A DNA stretch of 64,000 nt from an uncultured Chloroflexia bacterium. Lineage in GTDB: Bacteria; Chloroflexota; Limnocylindria; Limnocylindrales; CSP1-4. The notes beneath the pieces are model-generated. The model was not told where the DNA came from. It did no database searches and worked only from the letters and a program-made list of their open reading frames with translations. Where the stretch lies: positions 416,001 through 480,000 of the forward strand of contig CAVXPZ010000001.1 of the NCBI GenBank assembly GCA_963763775.1. Reading direction: 5' to 3'. A program made the translations under genes and the position numbers. Below are positions 32,022-42,495 of this stretch, one piece after another. The number at the start of each line of letters is the position of its first letter. Position 1 is the stretch's first letter.

Positions 32022-34604
32022 TTGTCTCAGACATTCGAGACGCAGATCGGTGGTCGCACGCTGACCATCGAGACCGGCCGGCTTGCACGCCTGGCCGGCG
32101 GGTCCGTCACCGTCCGCTACGGTGACACCCTGGTCCTCGGGACCGCCAACCGGTCCGATCCGCGACCGGGCCTCGACTTCTTCCCGCTCACCGTCGAGTT
32201 CGAGGAGCGCATGTACGCCGCGGGCAAGATCCCCGGCGGCTTCATCAAGCGCGAAGCCCGTGCGTCGGAGGCCGCCACCCTGGCCGCCCGCCTGACCGAC
32301 CGGCCGATCCGCCCGCTCTTCCCCGAGGGCTACAAGGACGATATCCAGCTCGTCATCACGGTCCTCTCGACCGACCAGGAGAACGAGCCCGACGTGCTCG
32401 GCACGACGGCCGCCTCGGCCGCGCTGAGCATCAGCGAGATCCCGTTCGGCGGCCCGGTGGGCGCCGTGCGCATCGGTCGCATCGGCGGCGAGTTCGTCGT
32501 CAACCCGACCTACAGCGAGCTCGCGGAGTCCGAGCTCGACCTCATCGTCTCGGGCACCCGGGACGCGATCATGATGGTCGAGGCCGGCGCCAAGCTGCTG
32601 CCCGAGGCCGTCATGGCCGAGGCGATCCTGTTCGGCCATCGCGCCCTGCAGCCGCTGATCGACATCCAGGAGGAGCTTCGCAAGGCCGTCGGCAAGGCGA
32701 AGATCACCCCGTTCCTGGAGGCCGGCACGGGCACCGTGCTCGACTTCGCCAAGCAGGCGGAGGCCGGTGGCGAGTTCGTGATCGTCGACGTCGAGACCAC
32801 GGGCACGGACCCGAAGATGGCCGACCTCGTCGAGATCGCCGCGGTCCGCGTCAAGGGCAACAAGATCGTCGACCGCTGGTCGACGCTCGTGAACCCGGGT
32901 CGTCCGATCATCGGCAACCAGATGCACGGCATCACGGACGCGGACGTCAAGAAGGCCCCCAAGCCGGCCGACGCCGCCAAGGACGCCCTCAAGTTCATCG
33001 GTGACGCCCCGGTCGTGGGCCACAGCGTCGGCTTCGACCTCGGCTTCCTGGAGGCCGCGCTCGGTGACGGCACCCGCTTCGAGCAGGGCCGCTATCTCGA
33101 CACGCTGACGATCGCCCGAGAGGGGTACCCGGACCTCGAGAACTACAAGCTCGCGACCCTGTCGAACTTCTTCGGCATCGAGCTCGCGCAGTCGCACCGT
33201 GCCGGACCGGACGCCGAGGCGACCGCGAACCTGCTCATCTGGTTCGCGAACGACCTCCCGGGGCGCATCAAGACGCTTCGCGAGTCCATCGCGGACGCGG
33301 TCCGGGCCAATCGGACGGGCGGCGACTCCAAGGGCCTGCTCGAGGCCGCTCGCCGCGAGGCGCGCGTCTCGAAGGGCCTGTACAACCTGATCCACAAGAA
33401 GACGTGCCGCGCCCTGGCCCTCGACGAGGGCATCCGGATGGACGGTCGCGGGACCACGGAGCTTCGGCCGATCTCGGTCGAGGTCGGGTTCCTGCCGCGA
33501 GCCCACGGCTCGGGCATCTTCACCCGCGGCGAGACGCAGGTGCTCACGATCGCGACCCTCGGCTCGTCCTCGGACGTGCAGCGGATCGACACGATCAGCC
33601 CGAAGACCGAGAAGCGCTACATCCACCACTACAACTTCCCGCCCTACTCCACGGGCGAGAACAAGCCGATGCGCGGACCCAGCCGCCGCGACATCGGGCA
33701 CGGCAACCTCGCCGAGCGGGCGCTGATCCCGGTCCTCCCCGACCATGACGAGTTCCCGTACGTCATCCGGCTCGTGTCGGAGTGCATGTCGTCCAATGGC
33801 TCGACGTCGATGGCGTCGACCTGCGGCTCGACCCTGGCGCTCATGGACGCCGGCGTGCCGATCAAGGCGCCGGTCGCCGGTGCGGCCATGGGCCTCATCA
33901 GCGAGCCGGACGGCCGGTTCGTCGTCCTCACCGACATCCTCGGCAAGGAGGACTCGGTCGGCGACATGGACTTCAAGGTGACCGGTACGCGGGACGGGAT
34001 CACCGCCCTGCAGATGGACATCAAGGTCAAGGGCATCAACGAGGCCATCATCCGGAACGGGCTCGAGCAGGCGCTCGCCGCCCGCCTGGAGATCCTCGAC
34101 AAGATGACCGAGGTCCTGCCGGACGCCCGCTCCGAGATGAGCGACTTCGCGCCGCGCATCATCACGATCAAGATCAACCCCGAGAAGATCCGCGAGATCA
34201 TCGGCAAGGGCGGATCGATGATCCGCAAGATCCAGGAAGAGACCAGCACCGAGATCAACGTCGAGGACGACGGCACCGTGGAGATCGCGGCCGTCTCCGG
34301 CGAGAACTCGCGCAAGGCCATCCAGTGGATCGAGAGCCTCACCCGCGAGGTCGAGGTCGGCGCCCTCTACATGGGCAAGGTCACCCGGATCATGGGCTTC
34401 GGCGCCTTCGTCGAGATCCTGCCGGGCAAGGAAGGCCTGGTCCGTATCGGCGAGCTCGCCGACTACCACGTCCCGACCGTCGAGGACGTCGTGTCCGTCG
34501 GCGACGAGATCATGGTGGTCGTGATCGAGGTCGACCGTCAGGGTCGCGTCAACCTCTCGCGCAAGGCCGCCATGCAGCGGCATCTGGCCAAGGATCCCGC
34601 GTAG
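32022..34604 (+). CDS. pnp: Polyribonucleotide nucleotidyltransferase with inserted DEDDh exonuclease domain (860 aa)
   Basis: RNase PH1 ([30 protein letters not shown]), RNase PH2 ([32 protein letters not shown]), KH (IIGKGG), S1; extra ~160 aa DVETTG...HSVGFD...HRAGPD. Confidence 0.97.
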   Translation: MSQTFETQIGGRTLTIETGRLARLAGGSVTVRYGDTLVLGTANRSDPRPGLDFFPLTVEFEERMYAAGKIPGGFIKREARASEAATLAARLTDRPIRPLFPEGYKDDIQLVITVLSTDQENEPDVLGTTAASAALSISEIPFGGPVGAVRIGRIGGEFVVNPTYSELAESELDLIVSGTRDAIMMVEAGAKLLPEAVMAEAILFGHRALQPLIDIQEELRKAVGKAKITPFLEAGTGTVLDFAKQAEAGGEFVIVDVETTGTDPKMADLVEIAAVRVKGNKIVDRWSTLVNPGRPIIGNQMHGITDADVKKAPKPADAAKDALKFIGDAPVVGHSVGFDLGFLEAALGDGTRFEQGRYLDTLTIAREGYPDLENYKLATLSNFFGIELAQSHRAGPDAEATANLLIWFANDLPGRIKTLRESIADAVRANRTGGDSKGLLEAARREARVSKGLYNLIHKKTCRALALDEGIRMDGRGTTELRPISVEVGFLPRAHGSGIFTRGETQVLTIATLGSSSDVQRIDTISPKTEKRYIHHYNFPPYSTGENKPMRGPSRRDIGHGNLAERALIPVLPDHDEFPYVIRLVSECMSSNGSTSMASTCGSTLALMDAGVPIKAPVAGAAMGLISEPDGRFVVLTDILGKEDSVGDMDFKVTGTRDGITALQMDIKVKGINEAIIRNGLEQALAARLEILDKMTEVLPDARSEMSDFAPRIITIKINPEKIREIIGKGGSMIRKIQEETSTEINVEDDGTVEIAAVSGENSRKAIQWIESLTREVEVGALYMGKVTRIMGFGAFVEILPGKEGLVRIGELADYHVPTVEDVVSVGDEIMVVVIEVDRQGRVNLSRKAAMQRHLAKDPA

Positions 34605-34634
34605 CGGCGCGTCCGCGCACCGCTTCCGCGAGAG

Positions 34635-34662
34635 GCGCCCCGCCGGGCCACCGGTGGGGCGC
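34635..34662 (+). terminator. Hairpin after pnp
   Basis: GCGCCCCGCCGG-GCCA-CCGGTGGGGCGC, immediately followed by TGCTATACT (likely asd promoter). Confidence 0.55.
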
Positions 34663-34710
34663 TGCTATACTCGGTCGGTGCCCTGACCTGATGACCGACC
34701 GAGTGGAGCC

Positions 34711-35820
34711 ATGCCCCGGATGAACCGAGCACCTCTCACCGTGGCCGTCGTGGGCGCCACCGGCGTCGTGGGGCGGACCATGATCGCCGTCCTGCACGAA
34801 CGCGGATTCCCCATGGCGGAGCTTCGGCTTCTTGCGTCGGGCCGGTCCGCGGGTCGGACCGTGTCGGTCGAGGGACGGACGCTCGAGATCGGCGAGGCGA
34901 CGCCCGAGGCGTTCGACGGCGTCGACATCGCGCTGTTCTCGGCCGGCGCGGAGATCTCCACGCGGCTCGCGCCCGAGGCGGCGAAACGCGGCGCGACGGT
35001 CATCGACAACTCCTCGGCGTGGCGCATGGATCCGCACGTGCCGCTGGTGGTCTCGCAGGTCAATCCGGACGACCTCGAGGGCCACGAGGGCATCATCGCC
35101 AACCCGAACTGCTCGACGATGCAGATGGCCCCCGTGCTGATGGCCCTGCGCGACAGCGTCGGCCTGGAGCGGGTCGTCGTCGACACGTACCAATCGGTGT
35201 CCGGCACCGGGGCCGACGCCCTCGCGGAGCTCGAGGGCCAGATCCGCGCGCACGTGGCCGGCGAGCCGAAACGGGCCGAGGTCTACCCGCACCCCATCGC
35301 GTTCAACGCGCTCCCGGAGATCGACGTGTTCCTCCCCAACGGGTACACGAAGGAGGAGTGGAAGGTCGTCACCGAGAACCGCAAGATCCTCGGTCTGCCC
35401 GAGCTGCGCATCTCGTGTACCGCGGTCCGCGTCCCGGTCTTCGTCAGCCATTCCGAGGCGATCCACGTCGAGACCCGCGAGCCCATCACGCCGGAGCGCG
35501 CCCGACGCCTGTTCACGAGCGTGCCCGGCGTCGTCGTCCAGGACGACCCCGAGACGCACGACTACCCGCTGGCCACCGATGCCGCGGGCCATGACGAGAT
35601 CTACGTCGGCCGCGTCCGGCAGGACATCTCGATGGCCGGCGACCGTGGCCTCGCGTTCTGGGTCGTCTCGGACAACCTGCGCAAGGGCGCAGCGACCAAC
35701 GCCGTCGAGCTCGCGGAGATCCTCCTCGAGCGACGCTGGGTGGAGCACGCCTCGGCCCGCGGCGCCCAGCCGTACCGGGCCCTCGGCAGCGAGGTGACGG
35801 CCGGCGGGGGAACGGCGTGA
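34711..35820 (+). CDS. asd: Aspartate-semialdehyde dehydrogenase
   Basis: [45 protein letters not shown]. Confidence 0.97.
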   Translation: MPRMNRAPLTVAVVGATGVVGRTMIAVLHERGFPMAELRLLASGRSAGRTVSVEGRTLEIGEATPEAFDGVDIALFSAGAEISTRLAPEAAKRGATVIDNSSAWRMDPHVPLVVSQVNPDDLEGHEGIIANPNCSTMQMAPVLMALRDSVGLERVVVDTYQSVSGTGADALAELEGQIRAHVAGEPKRAEVYPHPIAFNALPEIDVFLPNGYTKEEWKVVTENRKILGLPELRISCTAVRVPVFVSHSEAIHVETREPITPERARRLFTSVPGVVVQDDPETHDYPLATDAAGHDEIYVGRVRQDISMAGDRGLAFWVVSDNLRKGAATNAVELAEILLERRWVEHASARGAQPYRALGSEVTAGGGTA

Positions 35821-36566
35821 CCGACGCCGAGCGCCGCGCGGCGCTCGAGGTGATCGCGGCGGAGGTCCGGGACTGCACGCGATGCCGCCTCCATACCGGC
35901 CGTACCCGCGCCGTCCCTGGTGAGGGGAACCCGTCGACCGAGGTCGTGTTCGTCGGCGAAGGCCCCGGGTTCAACGAGGACAAGCAGGGCCGGCCGTTCG
36001 TCGGCCGCGCGGGCGACCTCCTCGTCAAGCTCCTCGGATCGATCGGGTGGCGTCGCGAGGACGTGTTCATCACGAACGTCGTGAAGTGCCGGCCGCCCGA
36101 CAACCGCGACCCGGAGCCCGACGAGATCGCGGCCTGCGCGCCCTACCTGACCCGACAGCTCGAGGTCCTCGACCCGGCGGTCGTCGTGACCCTCGGCCGG
36201 TTCTCGATGGCGCGGTTCATGCCCGGCGTCCGCATCTCCCAGGCGCACGGCACCGTGCGGCCGGCCGACCCGGCGACGGGCGCCCGCGACGCCCTCGTGC
36301 TGGCCATGTACCACCCCGCGGCGGCGTTGCGGACCCCCGCCATCGAGCGCGAGAGCTTCGCCGACGCCGCCACCATCCCGAGTGTCCTGCTGGACGCGCG
36401 AGCCCGCCGGGCGGACCATTCGTCTCGACCGGTCCCGGCGACCGCCGCGACGAAGACGCCGCAGACGGCCGACGAGACCACCATCGACCGCCCTGCCCCA
36501 TCCGCGCCGCCCGTCCTCGAGCCCGTGGCGGCGCCCTCCGACACCGACCAACTCACCCTCTTCTAG
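35817..36566 (+). CDS. Uracil-DNA glycosylase family 4 ([4Fe-4S])
   Basis: [37 protein letters not shown]; C-terminal QLTLF. Confidence 0.94.
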   Translation: MTDAERRAALEVIAAEVRDCTRCRLHTGRTRAVPGEGNPSTEVVFVGEGPGFNEDKQGRPFVGRAGDLLVKLLGSIGWRREDVFITNVVKCRPPDNRDPEPDEIAACAPYLTRQLEVLDPAVVVTLGRFSMARFMPGVRISQAHGTVRPADPATGARDALVLAMYHPAAALRTPAIERESFADAATIPSVLLDARARRADHSSRPVPATAATKTPQTADETTIDRPAPSAPPVLEPVAAPSDTDQLTLF

Positions 36567-36573
36567 GACCCAT

Positions 36574-38247
36574 ATGCCCACACCCAGTCCCGATCAGCCG
36601 CTCCGCATCATCCCGCTCGGCGGGGTGGGGGAGATCGGCAAGAACATGTACGTCTTCGAGTACCGCGACGAGATCGTCGTCATCGACTGCGGCCTCATGT
36701 TCCCGGACGAGGAGATGTTCGGCATCGACCTCGTCATCCCCGATGTCACCTATCTCAAGGAGAACCGGGCGAAGGTCAAGGCCTTCCTCATCACCCACGC
36801 CCACGAGGACCACGTCGGCGGCCTGCCGTACGTGCTGCCCGAGTTCCCCGGCGTCCCGGTCTATGCCTCGACGCTGGCCCGCGGGCTGCTCGGCAACAAG
36901 ATCAAGGAGCACAAGCTCCACAACAACCCGGTCCTGCCCCTCGACCCGGGCGACGAGCTCCAGATCGGCTCGTTCACGGTCATCCCGTTCCGCGTCGGCC
37001 ACTCGATCCCCGACGCGATGGGGATCGCCCTTCGGACGCCGGTCGGGACCATCGTCCACACGGGCGACTTCAAGTTCGACCACACCCCGGTCGACGGCAA
37101 GCTGTCGGACTTCGCGATCCTCGCGAAGCTCGGCGCCGAGGGCGTCCTGTGCCTGCTGTCGGACTCGACCAATGCCGAGAAGCCCGGGTACACGCCGTCC
37201 GAGCGGACCGTCGGCGAGGCCTTCCGCGAGATCATGGAGCCCCTCGAGGGCCGGGTGATCGTCGCGACCTTCGCGAGCAACATCGCCCGCATCCAGCAGG
37301 TCCTCGACGCCGCCGGCGACATGGGCCGGAGCGTGGCGGTCATCGGCCGCTCGATGGAGCAGAACTTCCGGATCGCGACGGACCTCGGGTACCTCAAGTA
37401 CGACGCGTCGATGATCGTCGCGAAGGACAAGATCAAGGACCACCCGGACGCCAAGCTCGTCATCGCGACGACGGGCGCGCAGGGCGAGCCGATGGCGGGG
37501 CTCGCGCGGATGGCCAACCGCGACCATCGCTTCGTCGAGATCCAGCCCGGCGACACGGTCATCGTCAGCGCGAGCCCGATCCCCGGCAACGAGGAGTACG
37601 TCTCGCGCACGATCGACAACCTGTTCAAGGCCGGGGCGAACGTCTACTACCACACCGTCAAGCGGGCGCACGTGTCGGGCCACGCCAGCCAGGAAGAGCT
37701 CAAGCTGATGCTCGGCCTGACCCGGCCGACCCACTTCATCCCGATGCACGGCGAGTTCCGCATGCAGGTGCAGCACGGCCGTCTCGCCATCGAGACCGGC
37801 GTGGCGCCCGAGAACGTCTTCATCATCGAGAACGGCACGCCGATCGAGCTGTATGCCGATGGATCCGCACGGCGGGGGAGCCCGGTCACCGCCGGGTATG
37901 TCTTCGTCGACGGGCTCTCGGTCGGCGAGGTCGGCGAGGTCGTCCTGCGCGACCGCCGGTCGCTGGCGAACGACGGGATGTTCATGATCGTGGTCACCGT
38001 GGACAAGCAGACGGGCCAGATCATCGGCCGCCCGGAGATCGTCACGCGCGGCTTCGTCCACCTCAACGAGCGCGACCCGATCATGGAGGAGGCCGTGGAC
38101 CGCGTCCTCGCGGCCATCTCGACCCCGGGCGACCACATCAGCGAAGTCGGGCTGCTGAAGCAGCAGATCAAGGACGGGGTCTCGCGGTACCTGTACGAGC
38201 AGACGAAGCGACGGCCGATGGTCTTCCCGGTCGTGGTGGAGGTCTAG
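36574..38247 (+). CDS. rnj: Ribonuclease J
   Basis: PLGGVGEIGKNM, THAHEDHVGG, HSIPD, HTGDFK, HVSGH. Confidence 0.97.
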   Translation: MPTPSPDQPLRIIPLGGVGEIGKNMYVFEYRDEIVVIDCGLMFPDEEMFGIDLVIPDVTYLKENRAKVKAFLITHAHEDHVGGLPYVLPEFPGVPVYASTLARGLLGNKIKEHKLHNNPVLPLDPGDELQIGSFTVIPFRVGHSIPDAMGIALRTPVGTIVHTGDFKFDHTPVDGKLSDFAILAKLGAEGVLCLLSDSTNAEKPGYTPSERTVGEAFREIMEPLEGRVIVATFASNIARIQQVLDAAGDMGRSVAVIGRSMEQNFRIATDLGYLKYDASMIVAKDKIKDHPDAKLVIATTGAQGEPMAGLARMANRDHRFVEIQPGDTVIVSASPIPGNEEYVSRTIDNLFKAGANVYYHTVKRAHVSGHASQEELKLMLGLTRPTHFIPMHGEFRMQVQHGRLAIETGVAPENVFIIENGTPIELYADGSARRGSPVTAGYVFVDGLSVGEVGEVVLRDRRSLANDGMFMIVVTVDKQTGQIIGRPEIVTRGFVHLNERDPIMEEAVDRVLAAISTPGDHISEVGLLKQQIKDGVSRYLYEQTKRRPMVFPVVVEV

Positions 38248-38250
38248 CCG

Positions 38251-40581
38251 ATGGCGACCCGCCGACGCGCTCCGAGCACGCGCGCCGCCACGACCCGCCG
38301 GACGCGCCGTCGCGCGTCCCCGGGCTGGGCGTCGCGGATCACCCCCGAGGTGGTGCGGTCGGTCGTCGGGTACATCCTCCTCGTGCTCGGCGCGATGACG
38401 CTGATCGCGCTGGTCCTGCCCGGCCGGGGGAGCCTGACCAGCTGGTGGACCGGCGTCTTCGCCCCGTGGTTCGGGGCCATGCGCTGGCTCCTGCCGTTCG
38501 TCCTGCTCCTCGCGGGCTGGTACCTCGAGTGGCGCAAGCCGAAGGCCTGGGGCTACACCCTGCTCGGCCTCGGGATCGCCTACGCGGGCTTCCTGGGGGC
38601 CGCCGAGGTCCTGGGCGCGAACGGCGGCCGAGTCGGTCGGTTCCTGCAGGGCCTGCTCGAGCCGCTCCTGACGGTCCCAGGCGCCTTCATCGTGCTCATC
38701 GCCATGATCGCCGGCGGGTTGATGCTCGCCTTCGACCTTCGCCTGGCGCAGTTGACGGCCCCCTTCACCGCGTTCCTGGCGTGGTTGCGCGTCACGGGGG
38801 CATCGGCGCTCGAGCGTGAGCCCGCCGGTCCTGGCACGCCCGTCGGGCCGGGCAAGGCCACGGCGGTCAACGGTGCCTCGAAGGCGGCGGCCAACGGTGC
38901 CGGGACACGGACGACCACCGACGTCGTCGTCCAGTCGGGCACGATCCTCGACCAGCCGGCCACGCGGACGAGCGCCGCGCCGGTCAGCCAGACCGTCGTG
39001 ACGCCCGAAGCGGGTGGCACGCTGCCGGCCAGGCGGGCGGCGGGCGCCGCCGGCGCCGTCGCGGTCGCGACCGAGGAGCCGCCCACGGCTCTCGCCGCGC
39101 TCCAGGCGATCGACTGGACGCTGCCGGCGGTCACGCTCCTCGAGGAGCGGCCGGCGGCGCGCGTCGGCTCGATGCTGGACCACGCCGCGAACGTCCGGCG
39201 GATCGAGGAGAAGCTCCTCAGCTTCGCCATCCCGGCGAAGGTCGTCGCGACGAACAGCGGCCCGGTCGTGACCCAGTACGAGGTCCGACCCGAACACCAC
39301 GTGAAGGTCTCGCGCATCGAGGCGCTGGCCGACGACCTGGCCATGGCCCTCGCGGCGCGCTCCATCCGCATCGAGGCGCCGATCCCCGGCAAGGACGTGG
39401 TCGGCATCGAGATCCCCAACGATGTGAGCGAGGTGGTCGGCTTCCGCGCGATCGTCGAGGAGCGCAACCTCCCCGCCGCCGCGAGCCCGCTCACGTTCGC
39501 CCTCGGCCGTGACGTCTCGGGCGAGCCGTACGCCGTGGACCTCGCGAAGATGCCACACCTGCTGGTCGCCGGGGCGACCGGCTCCGGCAAGAGCGTCTGC
39601 GTCAACGCGCTCATCACGAGCATCCTCATGCGCGCCCGGCCCGACGAGGTCCGGATGATCCTCGTGGACCTCAAGCGCGTCGAGCTGGCGCCGTACAACG
39701 GCCTGCCCCACCTGTTGCAGCACGTGATCGTCGAGCCGGGCGAGGCGAAGGCGGTGCTGAACTGGGCGGTGACCGAGATGGAGACCCGCTACAAGCAGCT
39801 CGCGGCGCACACGGTCCGCAACATCGCCGCCTTCAACGCGCGTCCCGATCTCGAGGACAGCGAGCGGATGCCGTACATCGTGCTGATCATCGACGAGCTC
39901 GCCGACCTGATCATGCGCGAGGGCCGCAAGGTCGAGGACCCGATCGTCAAGATCGCCCAGAAGGCCCGAGCCGTCGGGATCCACCTGGTCCTCGCGACCC
40001 AGCGGCCGTCCGTGAACGTGGTCACGGGCCTCATCAAGGCCAACGTGCCATCGCGGATCGCCTTCGCGATGGCGTCGATGGTGGACTCACGGACCGTGCT
40101 GGACTCGCCCGGCGCCGAGGACCTGATCGGGCGAGGGGATATGCTCTACCAGCCGGTCGACCTGCCGCGGCCGGTGCGGATGCAGGGCGTCTTCGTCAGC
40201 GACCGCGAGGTCGCCGCCGTGACCCAGCACTGGCTGGACCAGACCGGCGACCGGACCTTCTACGACGAGGAGATCCTCGCGTTCGCCGACAGCGACGGAG
40301 AGGGCGGCGAGAGCGGCCAGTTCGCCTGGATGGTCAAGTACGGGGTCGACTCGATGACGCCGGCGGCGGCGGAGCTCGTCACCACGTCGGGCAAGGCCAG
40401 CACGTCGTTCCTGCAGACGAAGCTCAAGCTCGGATTCGCGAGGGCCAGCCGAGTGATGGACGAACTCGAACGCTACGGGATCATCAGCCCGTCGGATCCG
40501 CGCAACCCTGCCGCGGTGCGACAGGTCTACGGCCGCGAGAACTGGTTCATGTCGACCGACGACGTGGATGCCGACGACTGA
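38251..40581 (+). CDS. ftsK: DNA translocase FtsK/SpoIIIE
   Basis: N-terminal TMs, PHLLVAGATGSGKS, IIDELADL, LATQRPS, gamma domain. Confidence 0.96.
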   Translation: MATRRRAPSTRAATTRRTRRRASPGWASRITPEVVRSVVGYILLVLGAMTLIALVLPGRGSLTSWWTGVFAPWFGAMRWLLPFVLLLAGWYLEWRKPKAWGYTLLGLGIAYAGFLGAAEVLGANGGRVGRFLQGLLEPLLTVPGAFIVLIAMIAGGLMLAFDLRLAQLTAPFTAFLAWLRVTGASALEREPAGPGTPVGPGKATAVNGASKAAANGAGTRTTTDVVVQSGTILDQPATRTSAAPVSQTVVTPEAGGTLPARRAAGAAGAVAVATEEPPTALAALQAIDWTLPAVTLLEERPAARVGSMLDHAANVRRIEEKLLSFAIPAKVVATNSGPVVTQYEVRPEHHVKVSRIEALADDLAMALAARSIRIEAPIPGKDVVGIEIPNDVSEVVGFRAIVEERNLPAAASPLTFALGRDVSGEPYAVDLAKMPHLLVAGATGSGKSVCVNALITSILMRARPDEVRMILVDLKRVELAPYNGLPHLLQHVIVEPGEAKAVLNWAVTEMETRYKQLAAHTVRNIAAFNARPDLEDSERMPYIVLIIDELADLIMREGRKVEDPIVKIAQKARAVGIHLVLATQRPSVNVVTGLIKANVPSRIAFAMASMVDSRTVLDSPGAEDLIGRGDMLYQPVDLPRPVRMQGVFVSDREVAAVTQHWLDQTGDRTFYDEEILAFADSDGEGGESGQFAWMVKYGVDSMTPAAAELVTTSGKASTSFLQTKLKLGFARASRVMDELERYGIISPSDPRNPAAVRQVYGRENWFMSTDDVDADD

Positions 40582-40584
40582 GCG

Positions 40585-41946
40585 ATGACCACCAGAGACC
40601 AGCTCCGACGCGCCGTCCGGGGTGACCGCCCCGAGCCGCCGCCGCCATCGGCCGAGCCGGTCCTGTCGCTGCCCGAACGCCTGTATGCCGCCCGCGAGCG
40701 AAAGGGCGTGGACCTGTACCGCGCCGAGCGCGACACGAAGATCCGGGCGAAGTACCTGGGCGCCCTCGAGCGAGGCGACTGGAAGGAGCTCCCGGGCGAC
40801 GTCTATACGAAGGGGTTCCTGCGCAACTACGCGCTCTACCTCGGCCTTGATCCCGACGAAGTCCTGACCCAGTGGCGTCGCGAGAAGGGCGGCGGCCGCG
40901 AGGCGGCGCCCACGATCACGGTCCCTCGGCCCATCGCCACGCCGCGCAAGGGCCTCACGTTCTCGCCGTTCCTCGTCGTCCTCGCGCTCATGACGATCGG
41001 CGTGCTCATCTTCGTCGCCTATCTCGGAGTCCAGCTGCTGCGCTTCTCGAAGCCGCCGACGATCGCCGTCACGGACCCGGCGACGGCGGTCCTCGACGTC
41101 GACGATGCGGCGACCACGTACACGCTTCGCGGGATCACGCTGCCCGGCGCCACGGTGAGCGTCGCCACGCCCGGCCGCGACCCGTACGCGGTGACCGCCG
41201 ACTCGAGCGGTGAGTGGTCCGTGCCGGTCGATCTGCGCCGCGGACGGAACCAGTTCGACGTGAGCGCGCTCGACCCGGACACGGGCAAGAAGTCCGAGGA
41301 CACGAAGCGCCTGTACATCACGGTGCCGTTCCTCGTGACCGAGTCGCCGACCCTGACGCTCGACCAGCCGGCCGAGGGCGCCACGTTCCAGAACGGGGCG
41401 ATCCCCGTCCAGGGCAAGACCACGAACGCCTCGTCGGTCGTCGTCAGCGCCGCGTATACCGGCTCGGCGGACCCGAAGGCCGACCCGGGGTCGTCCAAGA
41501 CGCCGCCAGCCGCCCCGAAGCCCGTCACGGTCAAGGTGGGCGACGACGGGGCGTTCAGCACGCCCCTGGAGCTGACGGCCGGCAAGTGGGCGGTGACCGT
41601 CACCGCGACGAGTGCCGACGGCAAGTCCACGTCGCTGACGCGGAACGTGACCGTGGCGTTCAAGGGCGTGAACGTCGTCGTCACGATCAAGGGCGGCCGG
41701 GCCTGGCTCAAGGTCTGGGTCGACGGCCAGGTGTCCGACCAGACGACCGCGGCCGGCCGCGTCTACGGGCCGGGCAAGGTCCTGACCTTCACCGCGAAGG
41801 ACTCGGTGGAGGTCCGGACCGGCAAGTCGAGCGCCACGTACTTCACGGTCAACGGGATCGACCTGGGGCACATGAACGCGCTCGGCAATCCGGAGACCTG
41901 GCTGTTCGCGCCGCCCGCCGCGCCGGTGCAGACCGGTCGACGCTGA
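40585..41946 (+). CDS. rodZ: RodZ-like protein (HTH, TM, Ig-like repeats, DUF4115-like C-terminus)
   Basis: TKIRAKYLGALE, YTKGFLRNYALYLGLD, single TM, AWLKVWVDG; follows ftsK. Confidence 0.8.
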   Translation: MTTRDQLRRAVRGDRPEPPPPSAEPVLSLPERLYAARERKGVDLYRAERDTKIRAKYLGALERGDWKELPGDVYTKGFLRNYALYLGLDPDEVLTQWRREKGGGREAAPTITVPRPIATPRKGLTFSPFLVVLALMTIGVLIFVAYLGVQLLRFSKPPTIAVTDPATAVLDVDDAATTYTLRGITLPGATVSVATPGRDPYAVTADSSGEWSVPVDLRRGRNQFDVSALDPDTGKKSEDTKRLYITVPFLVTESPTLTLDQPAEGATFQNGAIPVQGKTTNASSVVVSAAYTGSADPKADPGSSKTPPAAPKPVTVKVGDDGAFSTPLELTAGKWAVTVTATSADGKSTSLTRNVTVAFKGVNVVVTIKGGRAWLKVWVDGQVSDQTTAAGRVYGPGKVLTFTAKDSVEVRTGKSSATYFTVNGIDLGHMNALGNPETWLFAPPAAPVQTGRR

Positions 41947-41952
41947 CCGTCG

Positions 41953-42495
41953 ATGGACGCGCCATCCCCGTCGCTCGCCGAACTCGCCCAGCGACTCCAG
42001 TCCCGTTGCCTCTCCGCTGGCCTGACCGTCACGACCGCGGAGTCCTGCACGGGCGGCCTCGTCGCGCACGCGATCACCGGGCAGCCGGGGTCGTCCGGCT
42101 ACTTCCTCGGCGGGGTGGTCAGCTACTCGAACGCGGTGAAGTCCGAGGTGCTCGGCGTCCCCGCCGACCTCATCGCCGTGCATGGCGCGGTGAGCGCCCA
42201 GGTGGCGGTCGCGATGGCCACCGGGGTCCGGACGCGCCTCGCCTCGGACTTGGCCGTCGGGGTCACCGGCGTCGCGGGTCCGGACGGCGGCTCTGACGAC
42301 AAGCCGGTCGGACTCGTCTACGTCGCGGTCAGCGACGGCCTCGGCGCCGACGTCCGGCGATACCACTGGAGCGGCGACCGCGCATCGAACAATACGGCCA
42401 GCGCCGCGGCCGCCCTGGCGCTCCTGCTCGAACGCGCGGCCACCGCCGCCGAGTCCGTTCCGACCAGCGCCGCACCGAACCCGGCGGCGACGTGA
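41953..42495 (+). CDS. CinA C-terminal domain / NMN deamidase (PncC-like)
   Basis: AESCTGG, GSSGYF.GGVVSYSN, GAVS, TGVAGPDGG..KPVG. Confidence 0.92.
   Translation: MDAPSPSLAELAQRLQSRCLSAGLTVTTAESCTGGLVAHAITGQPGSSGYFLGGVVSYSNAVKSEVLGVPADLIAVHGAVSAQVAVAMATGVRTRLASDLAVGVTGVAGPDGGSDDKPVGLVYVAVSDGLGADVRRYHWSGDRASNNTASAAAALALLLERAATAAESVPTSAAPNPAAT

Noticed and set aside
32775-33240. PNPase insert as an intein or homing endonuclease
   Set aside because: No Cys/Ser start, no His-Asn end and no LAGLIDADG/HNH motifs; the motifs are DEDDh exonuclease
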